Assembly: GCA_964598845.1 (NCBI GenBank)
Contig: CAZRDM010000006.1
Location: 38,049-102,048 of the forward strand
DNA from: an uncultured Candidatus Bathyarchaeia archaeon
Lineage (GTDB): Archaea > Thermoproteota > Bathyarchaeia > 40CM-2-53-6
Length of the DNA stretch: 64,000 bases
Direction of reading: 5' to 3'
Shown here: one piece after another, positions 20,157-28,929 of the stretch
Layout: each line of letters opens with the position of its first letter
Position numbering within the stretch: position 1 is the stretch's first letter
Translations under genes and position numbers: made by a program
The notes under the pieces: model-generated
What the model saw: only the letters and a program-made list of their open reading frames with translations
Told to the model about the DNA's origin: nothing
Database searches by the model: none

Positions 20157-20912
20157 GTGGCTCGTTTGGTCAAGGTTGCTCGAAGGCGATTCATGTTTCT
20201 GATCGCGGTGATTCTGATTTCGACCGTGGTTCTGCTACCGATTGAGGTGGCTGCGGCAGGTACGCTTGACCAGCAGCAGACACAAGTAAACCATGATGTG
20301 AATTTGGTTAACTTTGGCGGAGCTACCAATTTTCACGCCCAGACTTTTACAGCTGGGTTGACCGGTTCCTTGACGGAGGTGGACCTTATCATCGCATGCC
20401 AAACTGGTGGCCTAACTGGTTGTGCTTCGAATGGTGCCATCACAGTTGAGATTCACTCAGGGAGCCCTGCGGGAGCGTTGCTGGGTTCCAGCTCCCTAGT
20501 CCCTACAGCGTCGAATCCACCGGTCTGGAATGGAATTCCTCCAATTCCTTCCGTTTTCGTTGCTTTCACTTTCTCTTCCCCTTCGGTCGTTGCAGGGAAT
20601 GTATACGCAGTAGTCATAACAGCCGCCCCTAATTCACCGCCGGGGGGAACGCTGTATACTCTCGGAGATTCTTCTGGGGATCCTTACGCTGGAGGACAAG
20701 AATATTACAACAATAATGAAGCGGGTTGGAATGCGGGAGGAATTGAAGGATATGATCTTGCTTTCAAGACCTTCGTCACGCCTGTCGCCCCGGTCGGTGG
20801 TCTCGTGGAACCCGTCAACACGCTCGCAGTCTTGGCGCCGTGGCTGGCAGCCATCGGAGTAGTCGGCTGCATCGGCATCATCGCTGTGATCGCTAAGAAG
20901 CGCAGGTCCTGA
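20157..20912 (+). CDS. secreted Thr/Gly/Ala-rich surface protein with C-terminal TM anchor and basic tail (archaeosortase/exosortase-type sorting-signal-like)
   Basis: N-terminal signal peptide, low-complexity beta-rich body, C-terminal PVGGLVEPVNT + hydrophobic helix + KKRRS. Confidence 0.55.
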   Translation: MARLVKVARRRFMFLIAVILISTVVLLPIEVAAAGTLDQQQTQVNHDVNLVNFGGATNFHAQTFTAGLTGSLTEVDLIIACQTGGLTGCASNGAITVEIHSGSPAGALLGSSSLVPTASNPPVWNGIPPIPSVFVAFTFSSPSVVAGNVYAVVITAAPNSPPGGTLYTLGDSSGDPYAGGQEYYNNNEAGWNAGGIEGYDLAFKTFVTPVAPVGGLVEPVNTLAVLAPWLAAIGVVGCIGIIAVIAKKRRS

Positions 20913-21305
20913 ACGCGAAGAGAGGCCACCGAGGGGGGCCTGTGCTTGCAAAGAAGCGTCAGCCCTAGCCAACGCCCTGTCGTGACCCGCTGAAAGCGAG
21001 GATGGCGTTCTCCTCGCGGTGTCGTTTCCTAGCTATGATAGTCGACGTGTGAGCGACCGCTCATCGCTTATCTGAATCCAACAACAATTCCGTCAGCAGG
21101 GATTCACCATTGACAAACGATGAGGGTAACGGGGACATGCAAGGGGAGAAACCGTCAGGTCGCTTGAACCGATCACTTGGGCTCCACAGTCTTATTCCCC
21201 GGCTGCGCCCCTAGACCAAAGAGCATAGGCGGAGGGAAGCATAGAGAAAGGGCTCCAATGACATGTGCCCTCAAATGATGAATTCTCAGAAGCAAAGCAG
21301 AGCTT

Positions 21306-21650
21306 GTGCGCTTCTCCCGGCAGACACGAGAAGCGCCTCAGGTTGAAGCCAAGGCCGAAGCTCAGCAAGACCTGGATGTTGGAGCCGACCCGCGTGCGGA
21401 AACAGACTCAGTCGACGAGAAGATACCTGAGATTGATCCTAGTGAGGTGCCTGTTGAGCTAGATTCTCTCCTATCCCCTGAAGTCTCGCAGGAAATCAGT
21501 GCCTCGATTGAACAGACCCCGCAGCCGATTGACCCCTATGAGCTTCCTGTCACGGACCTAGAGCTTCTGCTCATCGAACTTGATGCCAACCCGTTCGAAG
21601 TGCAGCCAGAGAAAGCTATCCAGGTAGAACAGGGAGCAGAGCAACAATGA
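21306..21650 (+). CDS. highly acidic Pro/Glu/Asp-rich protein
   Basis: 114 aa, low complexity, strongly acidic; the coding status is uncertain. Confidence 0.3.
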   Translation: MRFSRQTREAPQVEAKAEAQQDLDVGADPRAETDSVDEKIPEIDPSEVPVELDSLLSPEVSQEISASIEQTPQPIDPYELPVTDLELLLIELDANPFEVQPEKAIQVEQGAEQQ

Positions 21651-21741
21651 CCACCGATGAGTCCGACTCCGAGAAACCGGAACGAAGGCTAGTTACGAGG
21701 AGATAAAGGCACACATCAAGGAACTGCACGAATCTGTTGGC

Positions 21742-21987
21742 ATGGATTGGGACGGAACGCTAGAAGATCTAGAACTTTTTTGGGAACTCAAGCAAGCGAT
21801 CGCGCGTTCAGTGGAACTTGGTCAGCTAGGGGAGTTCGAAGAGCCTGAGCCAGCTATCGAATCGGAACCTGCTCAATCATTCGACATCCCACCCAAGGAC
21901 GTAGAGTTGCCTCTCGTCGACGTAGATGCTGATCGACCGGAAACCGAAATTGATCGTGAAGTTGAGAAGACTGAAGATGCAGAATGA
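21742..21987 (+). CDS. highly acidic protein
   Basis: 81 aa, E/D-rich; overlaps the start of the downstream RHH gene. Confidence 0.3.
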   Translation: MDWDGTLEDLELFWELKQAIARSVELGQLGEFEEPEPAIESEPAQSFDIPPKDVELPLVDVDADRPETEIDREVEKTEDAE

Positions 21988-22180
21988 CCGCTATAGCACG
22001 AGAATAGACTTCGACCTCACAGGTGAACTGGCAAGACGACTTGACGCGATAGTTCAGAGAGGAATCGTTGGATCCAAACCTGAGGCGATAAGACAAGCAT
22101 TGACTGAGTACTTCAACAAACTTGACGAACAGCAGCTCAGGCGCGCAAGACTCAGGCTGCTAGAGAAAGAGTCAACGTAG
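21977..22180 (+). CDS. ribbon-helix-helix (CopG/antitoxin-like) DNA-binding protein
   Basis: RYSTRIDFDLTGELARRLDAIVQRG fits the RHH beta-strand plus helix pattern. The start is taken as the internal ATG of the 84 aa ORF. Confidence 0.45.
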   Translation: MQNDRYSTRIDFDLTGELARRLDAIVQRGIVGSKPEAIRQALTEYFNKLDEQQLRRARLRLLEKEST

Positions 22181-22369
22181 AAGAGAAGAAGTCCAAGTTC
22201 TAGAGAGCCCAGCTTGAGCAGGTGACCGCCCAGAATGAGCTCTCATGCTTGAAGATTATGAGGGCTTGTACCCATTAGGAAATCTCGTAGCACCGGAAAA
22301 CCAACTGGCTGAAATCCCAACCAATCGGGTCAGTATCGGCCAGAAATCGGGAAAAACAAGCATTTAATA

Positions 22370-22487
22370 TGGAGCCTCGGGCGGGCTTCGAACCCGCGAC
22401 CTGCCGCTCTCTAGGAATGTTCCTACAAGGCGGCTGCTCTCCGTTGCCTAAGTGGAATCTGCATCTACCAGGCTGAGCCACCGAGGC
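22370..22487 (-). tRNA. tRNA-Thr (anticodon UGU) with two introns (D-loop about 26 nt; anticodon loop about 15 nt at 37/38)
   Basis: reverse-complement fold: acceptor GCCUCGG/CCGAGGC, D-arm GCUC-AGCCUGGUA-GAGC only after removing a 26 nt insert, anticodon stem GCCGC/GCGGC with loop CUUGUAA after removing GGAACAUUCCUAGAG, V AGGUC, T-arm GCGGG-UUCGAAG-CCCGC, discriminator U, CCA encoded. Confidence 0.7.
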
Positions 22488-22538
22488 GCCGGTCCGACTA
22501 TGAGGAGACCTGCTTAAAATTCTCTGTTACCATCCGCA

Positions 22539-23762
22539 CTAGCCTCTCTCCTGTCGCTTCGCGGCTTCGACAAGTGCTTTGATGGCGGGCAGTTCCTCTC
22601 CCGCAAGTAAGGAAAGCATTGCGCCTCCGGCAGTGCTCACGTGTGAGAATTTGTCTGCTATGCCCAAGATTCCAGCATAGCCAGCCAGATGGCCTCCACC
22701 TATTACGGTGAAGGCGCTGCTGATGGCCATCGCCTCAAGAATGGTCTTCGTTCCACTCTCGAATCCGTCCCGCTCGAAAACGCCCAAGGGTCCACTAGCC
22801 ACTACGGTTCTTGATTCGTTTATTATGGTGGCGAACCTTTCTGCGGTTTGAGCGCCAATGTCAAGTACCGTGCCTGCTCTCACTACCTTCTGGATTGATG
22901 TCTCAACTCGCTTCCCGCTGCTCAGGGTTCCGAAATCTGAAGGCATGAGAATGCGTTTTCGATGCTTTGCCAAGATCTGCTTGGCCTTCTTGACTTGGTC
23001 GCTAGCCTTGGCCAGTTCTCCTTCCTCAGACTTGTCGAATCTCTGCCCTTCGGCTTTGAGGAAGACTTTCGCAACATTGCCCCCCACAAGGACATGGTCA
23101 GCGCAACCAGTCGCCAGAATGTTTTCGATGACTGGCACCTTGTCCTCTATCTTTGCGCCTCCTAGGATGTATGTGCTTGGTCTTTCAGGATCTTTCAATA
23201 GACGCTTGAGGGTGCTCAGCTCCTTCTCCATGAGTCGCCCCGCTGCGGATGGAAGCACGTACGGAAATGCCACAAGGGAAGCCTGCGACCTATGAGCAGC
23301 CGCGAAGGCATCATTGACGTAGAGGTCGAAGAGCGCGGCTAATCTGGAAACCAGATTTGTTTTCGCGAGTTTCTCACCTGTGTCTTCCACGTTTTCTTCA
23401 GAGCAGAAACGAACGTTATCCAGAACGAGAACCTCCCCTTTCTGAACTTGCTTAATCGCCTCTCGCGCAGCCGGGCCCATGACATCGTCAATGAACCTGA
23501 CATTTTGTGAACAGTTCTTCTGGAGTAACTCTGCATGTTGCTTTAGTGAGGTGAAGTCGTCCTTCCCGGGGCGGCTTTGATGAGAAAGCACTGCCACTCT
23601 GGCTTCGGTCAGCGCATCCAAAGTGAACTTGGCCGCCACGATCCGGGTGTCATCGAGAATCTGGTTGGTGGTAGGATCCAACGGGGAGTTTATGTCGAGC
23701 CTAAGTAATACTCTCTTTTCCCGCAGGTCCAAGTCATCGAGCGTTAGGTAATCGAACTCCAT
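22539..23762 (-). CDS. pgk: phosphoglycerate kinase
   Basis: PGK family motifs (RVLLRLDINSPL; GGGHLAGYAGILG near the C-terminus). The ORF-track start at 23984 is an over-extension that runs across a tRNA gene. The start is set at the Met of MEFDYLTLDDL. Confidence 0.85.
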   Translation of the reverse strand: MEFDYLTLDDLDLREKRVLLRLDINSPLDPTTNQILDDTRIVAAKFTLDALTEARVAVLSHQSRPGKDDFTSLKQHAELLQKNCSQNVRFIDDVMGPAAREAIKQVQKGEVLVLDNVRFCSEENVEDTGEKLAKTNLVSRLAALFDLYVNDAFAAAHRSQASLVAFPYVLPSAAGRLMEKELSTLKRLLKDPERPSTYILGGAKIEDKVPVIENILATGCADHVLVGGNVAKVFLKAEGQRFDKSEEGELAKASDQVKKAKQILAKHRKRILMPSDFGTLSSGKRVETSIQKVVRAGTVLDIGAQTAERFATIINESRTVVASGPLGVFERDGFESGTKTILEAMAISSAFTVIGGGHLAGYAGILGIADKFSHVSTAGGAMLSLLAGEELPAIKALVEAAKRQERG

Positions 23763-23876
23763 GCCCGTCTGATCCAGCCTGCACTCTGAACATGCGACGT
23801 TTATCATTAAACAGTTTTGAGCCCGGTTCGGGTGGCAGAGAACATTATTACCTACAGACCCGGTTTTGTTCGTTGG

Positions 23877-23983
23877 GCCGGGGTGGCTCAGCTGGTAGAG
23901 CGCCAGCCAGGCTAAAGGGGCGAAACTCATAATCTGGAGAGCATTGGGCCCAGAAGCCGCGGGTTCGATCCCCGCCCCCGGCA
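23877..23983 (+). tRNA. intron-containing tRNA, probably elongator tRNA-Met (CAU) with two non-canonical introns
   Basis: acceptor GCCGGGG/CCCCGGC, D-arm GCUC-AGCUGGUA-GAGC, T-arm GCGGG-UUCGAUC-CCCGC, discriminator A. An anticodon-loop-like CUCAUAA is flanked by CCAG(A)/UCUGG only after excising about 17 nt from the anticodon stem and about 16 nt from the variable region. The 107 nt length means about 33 nt of intron. Confidence 0.55.
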
Positions 23984-24043
23984 CTAAAGAAGAACCGAGC
24001 CGACGAAGCTCTCCGACGTCAAATTAGTGTAAAGGCGACATGT

Positions 24044-25351
24044 ATGCGTGACCCAATCCTGAGATACGCCATCTCACCACTGGTGGCCATCGCCACCGGA
24101 TCTCTTCGGAAATACAGGTTTCTAAGCCGTCTCCAATGGGACCGGGAAACCCTACAAAAGTGGCGGAACGAGAGAATCAGAGAACTGATCGCGCATGCGT
24201 ATTCGAGTGTTCCCTTCTATCGAGAAGCCTACGATTCCCTGAACCCATCTATTTCAAATGTCAGAAAAGCAGAAGATCTAGGAAGATTGCCTATTGTCTC
24301 GAAGGGCTCAATGAAGAATTCGTTTCCACACAAGACGGTTTCTTCTACGATTTCGAATAGGAGAAGGAAACTCGCACAAACGTCTGGGACTGGTCGAATG
24401 TTTGAATTCTACAGCGACAAGGATGCAACAGGATTTGTCCTCGCTTCTCGACTCTTGTTCGAATCTTGGATGGGATTGAGATTTGGAGATAAGACTGCTA
24501 TGCTAACGGACCAGCCTAGTGGGCGCACAATGCTGATAGGAGAGGTAAGGGTTCCGGTTTCCAGACTGACAAGAGACTCTTCGGCCGCGGTTCGCTTGAT
24601 CCGTTCACTTCATCCTGCTTCGTTGCTTGGCGACGTGTCCGTTCTGAGTTCTCTTGCAAATAGAATTCTCCGTGCGAGTGTAGACGCAACAATGGGATTG
24701 CGTGGCATCGCCACCATAGTGGAGGTGCTTCTGCCCAATCATCGTGACCTAATCGAGCGAGCGTTCAACTCTCCCGTATTCGACCGCTACGGACTATCAG
24801 AAGTCGCAGGATACGTCGCGCAGGAATGCAGCGAACATAAGGGTTTGCATGTGAATGAAGGCATGGCCTTGGTCGAAGTGGTGACGAAGGATGGTGAGCT
24901 CTGTGGACCAGGTGAAACTGGACGACTGATCGTTACAAACCTTCACAATTATGTGATGCCCTTCATTCGGTATGAGTCTGGTGACTTGGCAACCGTTGGT
25001 GATGAATGCCCCTGTGGCCGAGCGTTTCCTGTTCTCGCGAGAATTGAAGGTCGGTCTCCAGGCTGGGTCCTTACACAATCTTATCCAATATCTTGGACAA
25101 GCTACTTGGTTCCACTACTGTCAATACGACTGCCCCTGATCGAACAATTCCAATTTGTTCAATCGAAAGTCGGCGAACTCACCTTGCTGGTGGCTCCGAG
25201 AACAGCGCTAACTACGCAAGAGATCCAGACGCTCACGCAGAGATTGAATTCGGTCAACCCACTTGTCAGGGTCAGATTGGAAGAGGTCGATTACATCGAA
25301 CGAACGGCGAGCGGAAAACACATTCTCTTCAAACAGTTAAAGGCCGAATAA
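24044..25351 (+). CDS. PaaK/CapK/F390-synthetase-family adenylate-forming ligase
   Basis: 435 aa; the N-terminal region (SVPFYREAY, IVSKGSMKNSFP, TSGTG) matches the phenylacetate-CoA ligase-like ANL family. Confidence 0.7.
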   Translation: MRDPILRYAISPLVAIATGSLRKYRFLSRLQWDRETLQKWRNERIRELIAHAYSSVPFYREAYDSLNPSISNVRKAEDLGRLPIVSKGSMKNSFPHKTVSSTISNRRRKLAQTSGTGRMFEFYSDKDATGFVLASRLLFESWMGLRFGDKTAMLTDQPSGRTMLIGEVRVPVSRLTRDSSAAVRLIRSLHPASLLGDVSVLSSLANRILRASVDATMGLRGIATIVEVLLPNHRDLIERAFNSPVFDRYGLSEVAGYVAQECSEHKGLHVNEGMALVEVVTKDGELCGPGETGRLIVTNLHNYVMPFIRYESGDLATVGDECPCGRAFPVLARIEGRSPGWVLTQSYPISWTSYLVPLLSIRLPLIEQFQFVQSKVGELTLLVAPRTALTTQEIQTLTQRLNSVNPLVRVRLEEVDYIERTASGKHILFKQLKAE

Positions 25352-25473
25352 GACATCTACTAATCCAAGGTGATCTCAAGATACCATATCCCGTCGCTGA
25401 ATTCTTGAAAGCGCCTATCGAAGCTCTCAACCCGTCAGATACGCGAGAGACCGCTCGACTTCTTAGCGCGACG

Positions 25474-26007
25474 ATGTGCAACCTTCCAGCTACCATCCGA
25501 TTATGGGGATCTCCATACCAAGCCCGCAAGCGACTCACTGCGGTTATTAGATCTATTCTCGAAACACTTCCGCACGACGGAATATGTGTCAGAAGTCGCG
25601 GCAGAATCATCGCCGCGATGTACATCATGAAACCTGGAACGTGCAGAGCATCTAAGGGACAATTACTTCAAGTGTTACCGCGCTTATTCTTGGCAACAGG
25701 AGCCAATCTACTCCGAGTCTTAAAGTGGCTTTCACTATTTGCTGAACATGATTTCAACGAACGCCACTGGCACTTAAGCTGGTTCGGTGTCGAACCCGAA
25801 TTTCAAGGAAAAGGTTTAGGCCGCAGGCTGCTAGGTCATTTCTGTGCTCTCGTCGACAGCGCTGGCGAAGCCGCATATGTCACGACTGACGGACCTGCAA
25901 ATGTGGGCCTTTACGAAGGCTATGGCTTCAAGGTAATCCGAGAAGTCTCACTTTTTGATGTCAAGAACTGGTTAATGAAACGCCCCAAAACGGAAACACA
26001 TGACTAG
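25474..26007 (+). CDS. GNAT family N-acetyltransferase
   Basis: acetyl-CoA binding motif A FGVEPEFQGKGLGRRLL. The ORF-track start at 25093 overlaps the upstream gene. The first ATG after it is 25474, and a TTG about 90 nt upstream is an alternative start. Confidence 0.7.
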   Translation: MCNLPATIRLWGSPYQARKRLTAVIRSILETLPHDGICVRSRGRIIAAMYIMKPGTCRASKGQLLQVLPRLFLATGANLLRVLKWLSLFAEHDFNERHWHLSWFGVEPEFQGKGLGRRLLGHFCALVDSAGEAAYVTTDGPANVGLYEGYGFKVIREVSLFDVKNWLMKRPKTETHD

Positions 26008-26063
26008 AGACTCTTTCCGTGATGGATAGGAGAGGGCGACCACAACTACCGCTGGAACATTCC

Positions 26064-26477
26064 TCAACTTGAAACTGAAGAAGAGACTGGTTGATTCTGC
26101 AGGACCATACCTACCATGAGGGCACGAGTCGAGATTCCCGGAATTGAAAGGATGCGACTAACTGCTTCCTTCAGCTCCGCCAGATCCAGCATTGCAACTT
26201 CGCAGATCACGTCGAACAGCCCGATGACCACAGACACGGCAAGAACCGTGTCAACATTGTAGAGGGACTCGATCATCTTGTCGAACAACTCTCTGGACGC
26301 CAATCGACCCGCACGAAAGAAACAAAAAGCCATCAGTTTCTTGTCTGTTTTCTTGCGTATCTGATCTAAAACCATGTACGTCGAAGTGTTCTCGACGATC
26401 GCTCTGCCTCTTTCTGTTGTGAAAAGCACGCTGTCGACGACCTTCCTGAGTTCCTCTAAGTCCGCGAAGGAAGGCAA
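26064..26477 (-). CDS. hypothetical protein
   Basis: 137 aa ORF with good coding appearance and no recognisable motif. Confidence 0.35.
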   Translation of the reverse strand: MPSFADLEELRKVVDSVLFTTERGRAIVENTSTYMVLDQIRKKTDKKLMAFCFFRAGRLASRELFDKMIESLYNVDTVLAVSVVIGLFDVICEVAMLDLAELKEAVSRILSIPGISTRALMVGMVLQNQPVSSSVSS

Positions 26478-26829
26478 TCGACACAGTACATCGTGAATAG
26501 CAATATGGAGTTATTTGCCGGGTGCACGCAGATTCGGCAAGACTCTTGACTGATCCACCAGTACTCTAGCGCGAACTTCTCACTTGAAGCCCGCGTCCAC
26601 TAAGATTCGTCTTGGTCCCGGTACGTGAGACGGCATCGCATGACAGAGTTCAAGGGTTAGGATTCGTATTCTTCCGAAGTGGACTGCCCAGTGGTCACTC
26701 TCTCAGCTCGCGAGAGGTCGCTTGCTACATGTAACTTCCTGACCTTTTTCTTTCGCAACTTCCTCCCTCTACGACTCAAGCGTTAGGTAGGAGTAGAAAT
26801 TAAGGTAGCTCGGAGCTTGAGCCGCTTTA

Positions 26830-27603
26830 TCACAAAGAAGAAATTTTGCCCAAAGTGCCTCTACCAGAGAGTCGGACACTAGGCTTGTCCTTGCCGATAT
26901 CATGCGAAGTAAGCAGTCTGACTTCTCCGTCTTTCAGTCCGACATAGGCGAAATCTGCCAAACCTAGGAATAGGCCCGTTTCCAAGAGTCCTGGAATGGC
27001 CTTTAGGCGCTTCTCCAGATAGATGGGCTTGGTGATTCTGCCAAAGTCAGCGTCCAATACGAAGTTTCCGTTGTCCGTTATGACGGGACCGACTTTCCCA
27101 AGTCCCTCACGCAACTTTGCTCTGCCGCCCATCTTCGCAATTCGCGCTTGAACATACTTGTAGGCGAACGGGAGCACTTCAATTGGAACCGGCTGTCTGC
27201 CGCCAAGATGTACCGATAGCTTGGTTTCATCAACGACTAGCGCCAACCGGTGTGCGGCTGTGTCCACGACCTTCTCGCGCAGCATGGCCGCTCCGCCTCC
27301 TTTGATGGCGTACAATGTGGATTGCTCGATTTGATCAGCCCCATCAATCGCGTAGTCTATTGTGAAAGCTTCATTGAGGCTAATTGTTCTAAGCCCATGC
27401 GAAATGGCTAGATGTTCGACTTGATGCGATGTCGGGACGACGGAGACGTTGAGCTTTCTAGCTTTGCTTAGTCTCGCGAGTTCGGGAACAGTGTAACCTA
27501 CTGTGGAACCGCTTCCGAGTCCTATTATCCACCCATTCTTTATGGGTTCCATGGCCTTGAGGACGGCTTTCCTTTTCGCGTCCTCAATCCAAGACAAATT
27601 CAT
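26830..27603 (-). CDS. rpiA: ribose-5-phosphate isomerase A
   Basis: GLGSGSTVGYTV phosphate-binding motif, AIDGADQIE and KGGGAAMLREK catalytic regions. Confidence 0.85.
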   Translation of the reverse strand: MNLSWIEDAKRKAVLKAMEPIKNGWIIGLGSGSTVGYTVPELARLSKARKLNVSVVPTSHQVEHLAISHGLRTISLNEAFTIDYAIDGADQIEQSTLYAIKGGGAAMLREKVVDTAAHRLALVVDETKLSVHLGGRQPVPIEVLPFAYKYVQARIAKMGGRAKLREGLGKVGPVITDNGNFVLDADFGRITKPIYLEKRLKAIPGLLETGLFLGLADFAYVGLKDGEVRLLTSHDIGKDKPSVRLSGRGTLGKISSL

Positions 27604-28283
27604 CCTTCCGCTTCAATCTGCTCAAGGCGGTCCATGGCCCTGAGGATCTCTTCACGAATCTGCTCAATGCGCCTTTCCGCATCGCTTATCTGTTGTTCTT
27701 CTTCCTCGTCTGAGGGTCTCCTTTCCTTAGCAGGGTACTTGGCGTTGGAATGCTCCTTCTTCTCTTCTTCACCCGAAGCTCCCTCTCTCTGGCTCGCCTG
27801 ATTGGGCTTCTGCTCTTTCCCTTGGGGGGATCTAGTGGACTTTGGAGAGGCTCCGGCTTTCAGATTCCCAATTTGCGTGTCCAGTTCCATGAGCTTAGTT
27901 CTGAAGTTCTTGATGAGTTCTTCGCGGGCAGACTCCAAGTCGTAAAGATCTACGACCCGCTGATTCTCATCAATCTCCTTCTCAAGCCGTTTCAAGTCAA
28001 TTTTGTACTTCTCGAGCAGTCGGTCGCGTTCAACTTGGGTAATTACACCCTTGGTGTGAGACTCGTATATCGTGGTGACAGCCGAGCCAAGGATCTGTCT
28101 CTCAAGCTTCAGAAGCTTCAGTGCCTCTCTCGCCCGATTGGCTTCATCTGGTGAGGTTGAACGGGTCGTCTCAAGATCCGGGCTGGGGAGCTTAGGTAGC
28201 GGAATTATCCTCTCCGGGGCAGGGGCCACTGGTTCAGCCTCTTTCTTTCTCCAGAATGTGATGAGCTCGGCTAGATTAACCAA
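27600..28283 (-). CDS. coiled-coil protein with acidic/basic low-complexity tail
   Basis: 227 aa with heptad-rich central segments; the stop/start overlaps rpiA (ATGA). Confidence 0.45.
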   Translation of the reverse strand: MVNLAELITFWRKKEAEPVAPAPERIIPLPKLPSPDLETTRSTSPDEANRAREALKLLKLERQILGSAVTTIYESHTKGVITQVERDRLLEKYKIDLKRLEKEIDENQRVVDLYDLESAREELIKNFRTKLMELDTQIGNLKAGASPKSTRSPQGKEQKPNQASQREGASGEEEKKEHSNAKYPAKERRPSDEEEEQQISDAERRIEQIREEILRAMDRLEQIEAEG

Positions 28284-28329
28284 AGATTGGCCCCTAAATT
28301 GCGAACGACTATCTGTGAGTGAATGTATT

Positions 28330-28812
28330 AATGCTTCGCGCCATCTTGCCCATCCTCAGGGTCTACATCGATCTTCCATATGGCCACAAAATAGTCGTTG
28401 AGGATTAACGCCAACGCGTCAGTCTGCAACCTCCATCCGATTGCTTGTTCCTTGAGAGATGAAGCATTTAACCATCCAATCAGCCACTTAGACTGGAATT
28501 GGTAGTGGATTTGGGACTCGAGAATGCATCTTGAAGGTTCCTTCGAAACCCCTGCCGATGAGTTTGCCGTGCTGGACATGGGATTTTGCCCGATCCACCG
28601 TATTCCTGTGAAACCGTGAGGCCGGTCAGATTGTACTTCTTGAGGAGTCTTGGGGTTTCTTCATTACACTTGCGGGCTAGATAATGTTCAAACCCGGAAA
28701 GATACAGCTCTTGGCACGCCTCGTCAACCCTCTCTAGGATAGTCAATTGCTCGTCGCCCAGTTCGCGGAGCCTGCCAGCGAGTCTGATTGCTTCCGCGAA
28801 TGAAGCTTCCAT
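28330..28812 (-). pseudogene. acyl-CoA dehydrogenase N-terminal remnant
   Basis: the 110 aa ORF has the ACAD N-domain signature LTGLTVSQEYGGSG, but the remainder of the about 380 aa enzyme is absent or out of frame (next ORF 28328-28579). Confidence 0.4.
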
Positions 28813-28929
28813 AGCTGAAATCCTCCGCTGCGTCTGAGAGCAGGGAACCTTCTCACTCTAAACATTCATTTACGTGTTTTGAGACACGAAAATGATGGTT
28901 TTGAGTCGCCGAGAAAATGCGAATCTCAA

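Noticed and set aside
22275-22481. 68 aa ORF on the minus strand
   Set aside because: It lies entirely within the tRNA-Thr(UGU) gene.
22539-23984. 481 aa ORF-track version of the PGK gene
   Set aside because: The upstream 74 codons run across an intron-containing tRNA gene on the opposite strand and across intergenic sequence. PGK homologues start at the MEFDYLTLDDL Met, so the gene was trimmed to 22539-23762.
26480-26830. 350 bp intergenic region with a CTCTC-N7-GAGAG hairpin, possible small RNA
   Set aside because: There are no clear C/D-box (RUGAUGA...CUGA) or H/ACA features and no conserved-structure evidence; left unannotated.
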